A stretch of DNA of 64,000 bases from NCBI GenBank assembly GCA_002269645.1, contig NIVC01001610.1, forward strand, positions 124,001 to 188,000, read 5' to 3'. Shown here piece after piece: positions 35,501 through 46,661 of this stretch. The first letter of the stretch is position 1; every line of letters begins with the position of its first letter. The notes beneath the pieces were generated by a model. That model saw nothing but the letters and a program-made list of their open reading frames with translations, made no database searches and was not told the DNA's origin. A program made the position numbers and the translations under genes. This DNA comes from Macrostomum lignano. Its lineage: Eukaryota.

Positions 35501-38500
35501 TAAAAATCTGAGAAAAGGGCGTTAGGGAGAGAAAATGCGATAAAAGCTGTCTAAATAGTCCACCACCCCCCATCCAGGCCAGCTCGCCTCAGCTCTCCCG
35601 CCCCCCTTCTCTAATCCAGGCACCTGCCCTGGATGCGCTTTAGAATCCGCCCCAAGCCGGGTCAATTCAGGTCAAGGCGAACAGCAGCGCGGCAGAGAGG
35701 AGAGACGGAGGGGTTGGCTGGGCCGACTGAACTGGAGAGAGAGCAGCCCTCCCACTCTACCCCACTTCTAGCTGTCCCAATCTATCCTCACGGTGCAAGA
35801 GGGGAAGGAGGCGGCTAGGTCCAGGGTTGCACTATTTTTCAGCGGACATTCCCAACCGCCGGCGCGGCTGCTCTGGACCAGAAATCTCTGGTTCACCCTG
35901 CGTCAACTTGCTGGTTATTTTAAGTCCTTAGTTCAAAAACATTAGCCGAAACCAATCGAAAGTTCATTCAGGGGTCGCATCCTCTTTTTTTAGACAACAA
36001 CCAAGGTTAGGTCCATCAGAAATCACTAACAAAGTTTCTAGATCCTTTAAAAATAATTTTAAAATCTTCCAAGTGTACCGACGAAATCATCAAAAACCTT
36101 TCCAAGTCCTTCGAAAATCATCAACAACTCTTCCAAGTCCTTCGAAAATCATCAACAACTCTTCCAAGTCCTTCAAAATCATCAACAACTCTTCCAAGTC
36201 CTTCGAAAATCATCAACAACTCTTCCAAGTCCTTCGAAAATCATCAACAACTCTTCCAAGTCCTTCAAAATCATCAACAACTCTTCCAAGTCCTTCGAAA
36301 ATCATCAACAACTCTTCCAAGTCCTTCGAAAATCATCAACAACTCTTCCAAGTCCTTCAAAATCATCAACAACTCTTCCAAGTCCTTCGAAAATCATCAA
36401 CAACTCTTCCAAGTCCTTCAAAATCATCAACAACTCTTCCAAGTCCTTCAAAATCATCAACAACTCTTCCAAGTCTTTCAGAATCATCAACAACTCTTCC
36501 AAGTCTTTCAGAATCATCAACAACTCTTCCAAGTCTTTCAGAATCATCAACAACTCTTCCAAGTCTTTCAGAATCATCAACAACTCTTCCAAGTCCTTCA
36601 AAATCATCAACAACTCTTCCAAGTCTTTCAGAATCATCAAAAACTCTTCCAAGTCTTTCAGAATCATCAACAACTCTTCTAAGTCTTTCAGAATCATCAA
36701 CAACTCTTCCAAGTCCTTCAAAATCATCAACAACTCTTCCAAGTCTTTCAGAATCATCAACAACTCTTCTAAGTCTTTCAGAATCATCAACAACTCTTCC
36801 AAGTCCTTCAAAATCATCAACAACTCTTCCAAGTCTTTCAGAATCATCAACAACTCTTCTAAGTCTTTCAGAATCATCAACAACTCTTCCAAGTCCTTCA
36901 AAATCATCAACAACTCTTCCAAGTCTTTCAGAATCATCAACAACTCTTCCAAGTCTTTCAGAATCATCAACAAATCTTCTAAGTCTTTCAGAAGGGGGGC
37001 CGTAGCCCAGCGGTCTAGCGCAGGCTCTGGTATGCCAGCGACCCAGGCTCGATTCCAAGTGCAGTCACATTAATTTGGGGCTCAATTGGAATCTCGGCTT
37101 GGCTCTGCTCGTGCAATTAACGGCCTTGAGAGCCAACCCCCCAAGGCGCAGTGAAGTGTACATGCCTGACGATAAAATAAAGTTAGGGCCGCTGTACACT
37201 CCTGTGTGAGTGTGTGCCTGCGTACGTATCCGCGCGCTTGTGTGCCTGCTCAGAGGAGTCGGCGGAATGGGCAGTAATGCCTCTCGCCGGTTGTGTGTTG
37301 ATGTCGCTTAAAGTGCGCCAGGGTGCACACAACCTCCCTGCCTCTAATAAGAAAAGTCTTTCAGAATCATCAACAACTCTTCCAAGTCCTTCGAAATCAT
37401 CCACAACTCTTCCAAGTCCTTTGAAATCATCCACAACTCTTCCAAGTCCTTTGAAATCATCCACAACTCTTCCAAGTCCTTTGAAATCATCAACAACTCT
37501 TCCAAGTCCTTTGAAATCAGCAACAACTCTTCCAAATCTTTCTAGGGAGTCATGAGCCAGTTCTGCTGCGGTTGCGGTTGAGCAGACGGCTACGCTGACT
37601 GGTACAAATTTATTAAATGTTAACACAATTTAAGGAAAAAAGTTACACCTATAAGGGGTGGAGCCGTAGCCTGGATGCGGCGAGAGTTGAACACCCTGTG
37701 ATCTCCTGGACTGATTCTTCTTCTGACTTCTTCTGAGGAATTCTAGGCTGGCGCGCTGCAACATAGGTTTTGTTAATAAGTTCCTTCGCCTGACCTTCTA
37801 ACTCCCTTTTTGTCTTAAACCTCTGTCCCACTCTGCATTCCACTCGCTTTCTCACCTTCTTTCCCATTCTCTTATCTCGAGAACATGAACCTATGATAAA
37901 TATTCTCAACTCTATCAACTCTATATTTTGGCCTCTGCAACTCTTTACTGGACAACATGAGCAAACCGTATCTATTTAATTCGTGCTCTGCATCAATTTT
38001 GACAGATTCAGCGGCCCGCCAGGCAGCAGCCGCTGCTCAAGCAGCTCCGGCTGAAGAAGGCGCCGTCGGAGGTGGCGGTGGGGCCGGCGCGGGCCAGCGC
38101 AGGACCGGCCGGGTGAAATGGTTCAACGTGGCCAAGGGCTTCGGCTTCCTGACTCCTGACGACGGCGGTGCAGATGTCTTCGTTCACCAGGTGTGAAAAG
38201 CTGCTGAGATGAACAGGCGGTCTCTAATTATAGGATTGGAGGGTGTTGGCGGTCTCTAATTATAGGATTGGAGGGTGTTGGCGGTCTCTAATTATAGGAT
38301 TGGAGGGTGTTGGCGGTCTCTAATTATAGGATTGGAGGGTGTTGGCGGTCTCTAATTATAGGATTGGAGGGTGTTGGCGGTCTCTAATTATAGGATTGGA
38401 GGGTGTTGGCGGTCTCTAATTATAGGATTGGAGGGTGTTGGCGGTCTCTAATTATAGGATTGGAGGGTGTTGGCGGTCTCTAATTATAGGATTGGAGGGT

Positions 38501-40186
38501 GTTGGCGGTCTCTAATTATAGGATTGGAGGGTGTTGGCGGTCTCTAATTATAGGATTGGAGGGTGTTGGCGGTCTCTAATTATAGGATTGGAGGGTGTTG
38601 GCGGTCTCTAATTATAGGATTGGAGGGTGTTGGCGGTCTCTAATTATAGGATTGGAGGGTGTTGGCGGTCTCTAATTATAGGATTGGAGGGTGTTGGCGG
38701 TCTCTAATTATAGGATTGGAGGGTGTTGGCGGTCTCTAATTATAGGATTGGAGGGTGTTGGCGGTCTCTAATTATAGGATTGGAGGGTGTTGGCGGTCTC
38801 TAATTATAGGATTGGAGGGTGTTGGCGGTCTCTAATTATAGGATTGGAGGGTGTTGGCGGTCTCTAATTATAGGATTGGAGGGTGTTGGCGGTCTCTAAT
38901 TATAGGATTGGAGGGTGTTGGCGGTCTCTAATTATAGGATTGGAGGGTGTTGGCGGTCTCTGCAGGATTGGAGGTGTTGGCGGTCTCTGCAGGATCGGAG
39001 GGTGTGGCGGTCTCTGCAGGATCGGAGGGTGCAGCAGTGAAAATTTATCGATTGCTACATCGATTATATTACAAAGAGGGTGTAGAGTGCCTCTTTCCCC
39101 ACCCCCGCCGCAGTCCGCCATCCAGATGCAGGGCTTCCGCAGCCTGGGCGACAACGAGTGCGTCGAATTCGAAGCGCAACCGGCGGCCCGCGGCGAGGAG
39201 GCGACGCTGGTGTGCGGGCCGGGCGGCGCAGACTGCATCGGCAGCCACCGCAGACCGGTCGGGAAGAAGAAGCGAAGAGTCAGGCGAGTGAAGGGACTAG
39301 TAGGGGCGAGATGAGATAATCTCCATGGTGAGGAGAGAGAGATTAGCGAGAGTGGAGAGAGAGATTAGCGACAGTGGAGGGAGAGATTAGCGAGAGTGGA
39401 GGGAGAGATTAGCGACAGTGGGGAGAGAGATTAGCGACAGTGGAGAGAGAGATTAGCGACAGTGGAGGGAGAGATTAACGACAGTGGAGGGAGAGATTAG
39501 CGACAGTGGAGGGAGAGATTAGCGAGTGTGGAGAGAGAGATTAGCGACAGTGGAGGGAGAGATTAGCGACAGTGGAGGGAGAGATTAACGACAGTGGAGA
39601 GAGAGATTAGCGACAGTGGAGGGAGAGATTAGCGACAGTGAGGAGAAAGATTAGCGACAGTGGAGAGAGAGATTAGCGACAGTGGAGAGAGAGATTAGCG
39701 ACAGTGGAGGGAGAGATTAGCGACAGTGGAGGGAGAGATTAGCGACAGTGGAGGGAGAGATTAGCGACAGTGGGGAGAGAGATTAGCGACAGTGGAGAGA
39801 GAGATTAGCGACAGTGGAGGGAGAGATTAGCGACAGTGGAGGGAGAGATTAGCGACAGTGGAGGAAGAGATTAGCGACAGTTGAGGGAGAGATTAGCGAC
39901 AGTGGAGAGAGAGATTAGCGACAGTGGAGGGAGAGATTAGCGAGAGTGGAGAGAGGCTGATTAAAACAAAGCCAGAACTGAGGACACTGAGATGACAAAG
40001 CAGGCAACAGAGATTCCCCACTTCTGCTCGCTCCAGGTGCTACAACTGCGGCCAGTTCGCAGATCACGTGGCCGCCGAGTGTCCCGCCGGGCCCATGCCG
40101 AAGTCTTGCTATCACTGTCGCGGCGGCGATCACCTCGTGGCCGACTGTCCGAGACGGCAGGGCGTTGGCGGCGGCGGCGGCGGTGG

Positions 40187-40217
<31 letters not shown>

Positions 40218-40256
40218 GGCGGCGGCGGCGGTGGTGCATTCAGTGAGTCGCGGTGA
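29592..40256 (+). CDS. LIN28: Lin28 (cold-shock domain + two CCHC zinc knuckles), 4 exons
   Basis: Exons 29592-29601 (ATGAGCTCTG|gtgagt, phase-matched but inferred), 38006-38190, 39114-39283 (GC donor), 40037-40256. [22 protein letters not shown]...[17 protein letters not shown]; knuckles [15 protein letters not shown] and [14 protein letters not shown]; C-terminal 23-Gly run. Confidence 0.93.
29720..30800. repeat. 20-bp minisatellite (atgagatgcgccattctagt), array 1
   Basis: Lin28 intron 1; same family as 32755-34405. Confidence 0.95.
30820..31790. repeat. 20-bp minisatellite (ggagttggagtcagggtgat)
   Basis: Lin28 intron 1. Confidence 0.95.
32755..34405. repeat. 20-bp minisatellite (atgagatgcgccattctagt), array 2
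   Basis: Lin28 intron 1. Confidence 0.95.
36060..37545. repeat. 30-bp minisatellite (aaatcatcaacaactcttccaagtccttcg) interrupted by a SINE
   Basis: Direct observation; source of the Ser/Thr-rich artefact ORFs. Confidence 0.95.
36994..37353 (+). mobile_element. Full-length tRNA-derived SINE (family 2), 360 bp
   Basis: A-box TAGCCCAGCGG, B-box GGCTCGATTCC, A-rich end; 13-bp TSD AAGTCTTTCAGAA at 36981-36993 and 37354-37366. Confidence 0.88.
38215..39010. repeat. 32-bp minisatellite in Lin28 intron 2
   Basis: Unit gcggtctctaattataggattggagggtgttg. Confidence 0.97.
39330..39955. repeat. 22-bp minisatellite in Lin28 intron 3
   Basis: Unit gagagattagcgacagtggagg. Confidence 0.95.
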
Positions 40257-41049
40257 CTTGGCAGATGACGGAACAGTCTGCCCAAATATGTTCGGGTCAA
40301 TGATTGCCAGAAAAAATCTTAAAGGCGATGTTTGCAGGCAGGCAGTCCGGCTTAGCAACAAAATACGAGCGTAGTTGCCGAAGAGGCAGCCTGCCTAGGA
40401 GATTCGGTAAGCAGCTTGTCTGGGCGGTGTTTAATAGCTGTTTTCAACTTGACCCAAAATATAAATAAGACCAAAATTGCTAAGTAATTTTGCCTGCCTC
40501 AATTATAGCAGCCGAGCGCGGGCAGCCCAGCTGCGCATTTTTGTTATTTTTTGTAGCTTTTTTGTCAATTTTCAACCGTACTTAGATTGGCCGCTTCGGT
40601 CTCTTCCGCGTACTGCAGTTTTCAAGTCAAGTCGAAGCAGCCAGAATATTTTTTTCTCTCTCTTGGCTCGCTTTGGTCCAAAAATACTCGTATTATCGCA
40701 GCTATCACCGCCCCCATCCCGTGCTGCTCCCGCTCGCCTCTATGGAAGCGCTGCATCATTTTTTCGCGGTGCGTCATTTTGCGCCTGTCCGTTTTCAAGG
40801 CTTCGACTGTTTTGCCTGCCTGTTTTTTGTCTCTTTCTTTGAAAAGCTTGGCTATGCGTGCCAATGATTGAATGATTGAATTTCGGCCCTCCCAAGATTT
40901 TAAGAGCAAAAGTACTTATAGGAGCTATATCTCTGTATTTTGAATGTTGAACATGTCTTTGGAAAGAAAAGATTTAAGCTTAAACTATAGTAAAATAAAT
41001 TGAACTAGAGATACTTATCAATACCATTTAGGGCAGTCTAACAAATCCA

Positions 41050-41490
41050 ATCTCGATTGTCTCAGTAATCTCGAATCTCCATTGTCTCATTAATCTCCAA
41101 TCTCCATTGTCTCAGTAATCTCCTATCTCCATTGTCTCAGTAATCTCCAATCTTCATTGTCTCAGTAATCTCCAATCTCCATTGTCTCTGTAATCTCCAA
41201 TCTCCAATATCTTAGTAATCTCCAATCTCCATTGTCTCAGTAATCTCCAATCTTCAATATCTCAGTAATCTCCAATTTCCATTGTCTCTGTAATCTCCAA
41301 TCTCCAATATCTTAGTAATCTCGAATCTCGAATCTCCATTGTCTCAGTAATCTCCAATCTCCATTGTCTCAGTAATCTCCATTGTCTCAGTAATCTATAA
41401 TCTCCAATATCTCAGTAATCTCCAATTTTCTAATATCTTAGTAATCTCCAATCTCCATTGTCTCAGTAATCTCCAATCTCCAATCTCGGA
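41050..41490. repeat. Degenerate ~20-26 bp repeat (tctccattgtctcagtaatctccaa)
   Basis: Direct observation. Confidence 0.9.
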
Positions 41491-42086
41491 TGCCTTGAGA
41501 CAGGATAGAAAATATCTACGAGCTGTCTGCAATTCCCTCTCAGGAATTTATTGGGCAAATAATAAAAATGGAGACGTTATTTATGCAAAAACAAAAATCT
41601 GAATGACTTTAAACACTCAATAAGATTAGCACAGCATATAATCCTATAATCTCGAGCCATGACAGTTTTATATTTTCCAAAGACCTTTGACGAACCAATT
41701 GCTAAAAAGACATTGAAGCAGCCTTAAATTCTATCAGGTCAACAGGAGCTGTTTCACTGTGTTTTTGTACAGGTAAATATTTTTGTTATTGTTGTGAAAA
41801 TTGGATTCAACTGCGGCTCATGATGCCACTGCGGTTTGTGTCTTTTTCGTTGACTTGATGCACAGTGTACCAATCATAGTAGCTATTAGATTCCGTGTTT
41901 GCTGTACTATCCCCAACCAAATATTATGATACTAGTTCAAGCTTGGCGAATAAACTACAAAAAGGCTTAGTCCTTGTTTTTATTTTTTCGGTTGCTGTCT
42001 CCTTGAATGCGCAAGTGGTATTAATTGTTTTTTATTGATAATCCGACTCCTTAAGCTCTTTATATCTACTCGTAAAAATAAGCTCG

Positions 42087-42255
42087 CTACTACCTCTATC
42101 CATAACGTGAGATCGTGTATTCTTTCAATTTATTAGTTTTTGTTTGACTGCGTGAAACCAACCTCATTGGCAATACTACCTCTATCATCAGGGTTTTTTG
42201 TGGCTTAATAATTTTTGTTTAACTGCACTTAATTACCTCAAAAAACGGCTACCTC
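42087..42255 (+). promoter_or_regulatory. Cluster of four let-7 seed-match sites in the putative Lin28 3' UTR
   Basis: CTACTACCTC 42087-42096, TACTACCTC 42174-42182, TACCTCA 42234-42240, CTACCTC 42249-42255. Confidence 0.7.
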
Positions 42256-42799
42256 GTCAAGTTTGCTTTTTGGCAAAACTGACGTGACGCTTCTTTCAGG
42301 CCAACGGGTTTCAACTAAAGTATATTTTTTTATCAGATGTTGCTGTATTCCTAATTTATAGATATCAAAAACTCAATTTTGTTGCTTTTACTTTTATTTT
42401 AACGTAGTTCGCTTAATTAGCAACTGTGAGCTTCTCTGTGCAAAATGTGGCAATATTTCTCGATAAAGAGTCGTGTTTCTTTGCAGTGTTAAAAAACCAA
42501 AAACTAGACGGCTGCTCCACCTTTCCAGAGTATTTATTTACTCAAGATTTACTCAATCTATAATTTATTGAATGTAACTGTAATACCCACGCATTCATTC
42601 ATACTTAATCCTCATATTCTAACTCGCGTGTTGAGTCTTTGTCCACCATTTTAAATACATATTAATTCAAAAGGTACCTGCAAGCCTATTTGGCTCTGCC
42701 ACGGGTTACTTTACTCTAAGACAAATCAATTTCTGTGTGAGGCATCGATTTCTTATTGCTTTTAGGCTGGCATCTGCCTACGGCACTTACAAGACACTA

Positions 42800-44170
42800 G
42801 CGTCACAGCAGCATGTACAGGCAATATACTGACATCACAGCAGCATGTACAGACACTATACTAACATCACAGCATGTACAGGCAATATACTGACATCACA
42901 GCAGCATGTACAGGCACTATACTGACATCACAGCAGCATGTGCAGGCACTATACTGACATCACAGCAGCATGTGCAGGCAATATACTGACATCACAGCAT
43001 GTACAGACACTATACTGACATCACAGCATGTACAGACACTATACTGACATCACAGCATGTACAGACATTATACTGACATCACAGCATGTATAGACACTAT
43101 ACTGACATCACAGCATGTACAGACACTATACTAACATCACAGCATGTACAGACACTATACTGACATCACAGCATGTACAGACATTATACTGACATCACAG
43201 CATGTACAGGCACTATACTAACATCACAGCATGTACAGACACTATACTAACATCACAGCATGTACAGACACTATACTAACATCACAGCATGTACAGACAC
43301 TATACTAACATCACAGCATGTACAGACACTATACTGACATCACAGCATGTACAGACACTATACTGACATCACAGCATGTACAGACATTATACTGACATCA
43401 CAGCATGTACAGGCACTATACTAACATCACAGCATGTACAGACACTATACTGACATCACAGCATGTACAGACACTATACTAACATCACAGCATGTACAGA
43501 CACTATACTAACATCACAGCATGTACAGACACTATACTGACATCACAGCATGTACAGACATTATACTGACATCACAGCATGTACAGACACTATACTAACA
43601 TCACAGCATGTACAGACACTATACTAACATCACAGCATGTACAGACACTATACTGACATCACAGCATGTACAGACACTATACTAACATCACAGCATGTAC
43701 AGACACTATACTAACATCACAGCATGTACAGACACTATACTGACATCACAGCATGTACAGACATTATACTGACATCACAGCATGTACAGACACTATACTG
43801 ACATCACAGCATGTACAGACACTATACTAACATCACAGCATGTACAGAAACTATACTAACATCACAGCATGTACAGACACTATACTGACATCACAGCATG
43901 TACAGACATTATACTGACATCACAGCATGTATAGACACTATACTGACATCACAGCATGTACAGACACTATACTAACATCACAGCATGTACAGACACTATA
44001 CTGACATCACAGCATGTACAGACACTATACTGACATCACAGCATGTACAGACACTATACTGACATCACAGCATGTACAGACACTATACTGACATCACAGC
44101 ATGTACAGACACTATACTGACATCACAGCATGTACAGACACTATACTGACATCACAGCATGTACAGACAC
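42800..44170. repeat. 29-bp minisatellite (cagcatgtacagacactatactgacatca)
   Basis: Direct observation. Confidence 0.97.
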
Positions 44171-44567
44171 TAGCTGACACAAAGAAAAATAAAAAACAGC
44201 TAAAATTGTGCGAGTCTGAAGCAGCCCAGACTCAAAAGCAACTCAGCTAACACAGTGCAAATTAAGATGGGTATATTTTTATGATAAAAAATTTCCAACA
44301 AAGCCGTCCAAGGACAGCAACAGTAACTTGGTGAAGATGGACACAGACAGTGATTTTGCAGAATCTGTTTGTCAGCTGTCTCTCCAGCAGCTAGCTGTGC
44401 ACGGATTCCAACCTCAAAAAAACATTAGCATATGCTTAGCGCAACCTTCAACTGAACCCAACAGTCGAACAGAAACAGTGGAAAACAGATTGCTCAAGAG
44501 CCGCTAGTAACACTGAAATGAGGAGTATTTATTTGAATGCCGAATTTCGCTTCAACTTGCATTGGTC

Positions 44568-44730
44568 CCACAGCCAACGGTGAGGCAATTCTGTCCATTC
44601 CGCCGACTTCCGAGCGCACACAGGAGCGTGTACAGCGGCCCTGACTTTCTAATCGTCAGGCATGTACACTCTCTGTGCCTTGGGGGCTGGCCCTCATGGC
44701 TGTGAATCGCACGACTAACTGGCTAGCCTT
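44568..44730 (-). mobile_element. 5'-truncated family-2 SINE copy
   Basis: Reverse complement matches the core and 3' part of 36994-37353. Confidence 0.75.
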
Positions 44731-44855
44731 CAGTAGTATGTTGCGGATCAGAACACACGCTTATTAGCTTGAAATAATCTCATAAATGCATATCGAAGCA
44801 AAAAATCAGCCTTCAAATAAGTGCAATTCAGATTCTTAAGCATTAAGCATTCAGC

Positions 44856-45290
44856 CTAAGCGGTCAGCAGTGCGCGCAAAGCAGCGTCCAGATCAGCGCC
44901 GTTTTCCCGCAGGCAGCGCTCGGCAGCCGACTGGCTGATCTCGAACTCCCTGGCTAGCAGGTCCGCGTGCTCCTTGGCGACCTTCACTTTGCTCAGCTCG
45001 CGCTCCCGCCGCTGCTTCTCCGCCTGGTCCAGCGCCTGCCTGGCCGACACCGCACGCATCGCTTCGCCGATTTCGCCGCCAGCCGAGCGACCGCCAGCCA
45101 ACTCGGCCTCTTCAACGTAGTCAGTCACTTTGCCGAGCTCGCGAGCGCCGCGGGCCTCCAGTTTCGACTGCTTGGCTGCTGCCACCGCTTCTCCGTCGGC
45201 CTCCAGCTGGGCCTCCGGCTCTGAGCATTCTTCGTCTGATTCGGCAGCCGCCGCAGCAGCAGCAGCGTCCTTGCCGCAGTTGTCCTTGGC
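44856..45290 (-). CDS. HYPK: Huntingtin-interacting protein K (main coding exon; start unresolved)
   Basis: ELGKVTDYVEEAE...RERELSKVKVAKEHADLLAREFEISQSAAERCLRENG matches HYPK DLERVTDYAEEKE...REKELAKV...MEISRAAAERSLREH. Acceptor taattcag at 45291; phase 0; no ATG before the conserved core. Confidence 0.85.
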   Translation of the reverse strand, partial: AKDNCGKDAAAAAAAAESDEECSEPEAQLEADGEAVAAAKQSKLEARGARELGKVTDYVEEAELAGGRSAGGEIGEAMRAVSARQALDQAEKQRRERELSKVKVAKEHADLLAREFEISQSAAERCLRENGADLDAALRALLTA

Positions 45291-46229
45291 CTGAATTAGC
45301 GCAAAGGATTGGGCACTTATTTTTAATAGCTTAGAAGAAATCTTATCATGCTCAACTCAGCAACAAAATATCTACCGTAGGTTAATATTGATTTATTTGG
45401 TCATTGACAGGGCAATAACATGTCTCCGATAACTTCAGCACATGTGCTCAGTCATGCTTTTGGAGACGCCACAAGGTCATGGCTACATGAGTAGAAGCTA
45501 CTAAGCTACTTACAAGCCAGCAGTAGTATATTAAGACCTCCATTTCAACAGAATTTTTGTTGCGCTTTAAATATTTTTCTTATAATAAGCTACTAAGTCT
45601 ACATACTACTGCTCCTAATTTTTATTCTTGGAAACTATTGAAATTATTAAACTAAAATGAAAACAAAAATTTTTTTTATACAGAACAGAATAACCTTAAA
45701 TAATTGTTGGTTTAATCAACTATATGACAACAAAACTTTCACACGCTATGCTCAACACGATATGAATAATTATGGAACCAATGCAAAGACTATAAATACA
45801 GCGTATAATTAAATTTACTCAAGAATTCTATCAGTTTTTGGTTCGATAAAAGAACAATGGCTAGCACAAGAGAAGCAGCTAAATCGAAAATTGCTGTAAA
45901 TATCTCACAGTAATTAGCATAACGCCAGCGGCGGGCGCAGTCAGCACAAAATATCAACTTTTTACTAACAATAGAAAATTTTTATTTAACAAGCAAGGCA
46001 AAGTACGTACGAAGGTGATTATTGATAAAAAATAATTGTTTTAGATGCGCAAGTCTAACAAAAAACACCGGTTCTACTCAGATAGAACTTTCTAGATTTT
46101 ACCTCCTTACGTAAAAAATGTACAATGAAGTACACAAATTGCAGAATACTAATACATTGCATCGAACACTTGCGTGGGTAAGACGTGCACCCTAACAATT
46201 AGAAACTGTACCACCAAAACACGGCCAGT

Positions 46230-46440
46230 AAACAAACCAATCAGAATCGTCGTGAAACCAACCAATCAGAATTTTCGTGAAACCAACCAATCAGAATCGT
46301 CGTGAAACCAACCAATCAGAATCGTCGTGAAACCAACCAATCAGAATTTTCGTCAAACCAACCAATCAGAATCGTCGTGAAACCAACCAATCAGAATCGT
46401 CGTGAAACCAACCAATCAGAGTTCTCGTGTAACCAACCAA
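46230..46440. repeat. 25-bp repeat with a perfect CCAAT box (aaaccaaccaatcagaatcgtcgtg)
   Basis: About 8 copies between the INSIG stop and HYPK. Confidence 0.9.
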
Positions 46441-46661
46441 TTAATCGAGACATTTGTTGTATTTTATGACAAAAATCAATTGGCCCTCTTAGCTCCCCCC
46501 CGCCGAATGCACGGATGTTCCAGCCTGAAGCTGGCATGTGCAATACAGCTAGTGTAGAAAAACTGTTTTACCCAGCAAATCACATCTTAGAGAAACCACA
46601 TTCAAGAAATGCAAACTCGGGCAAGAGGCACAGGACAATTCTAAGAAGCTGTCCCCACTTC

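Noticed and set aside
36073-37058. Mucin-like Ser/Thr-rich and leucine-repeat ORFs
   Set aside because: Products of a 30-bp intronic array inside Lin28 intron 1
37160-37200. Hammerhead ribozyme (CTGACGA) in the SINE core
   Set aside because: No stem II or GAAA; the CTGAC pairs with the downstream strand of the hairpin instead
40038-40082. Lin28 first knuckle with CX2CX5HX4C spacing as a novelty
   Set aside because: The same spacing is present in Drosophila Lin-28, so it is a known invertebrate feature
40240-40250. Extra Lin28 exon via the donor-like ttca|gtgagt
   Set aside because: The frame ends naturally at 40256 and no convincing downstream coding exon was found
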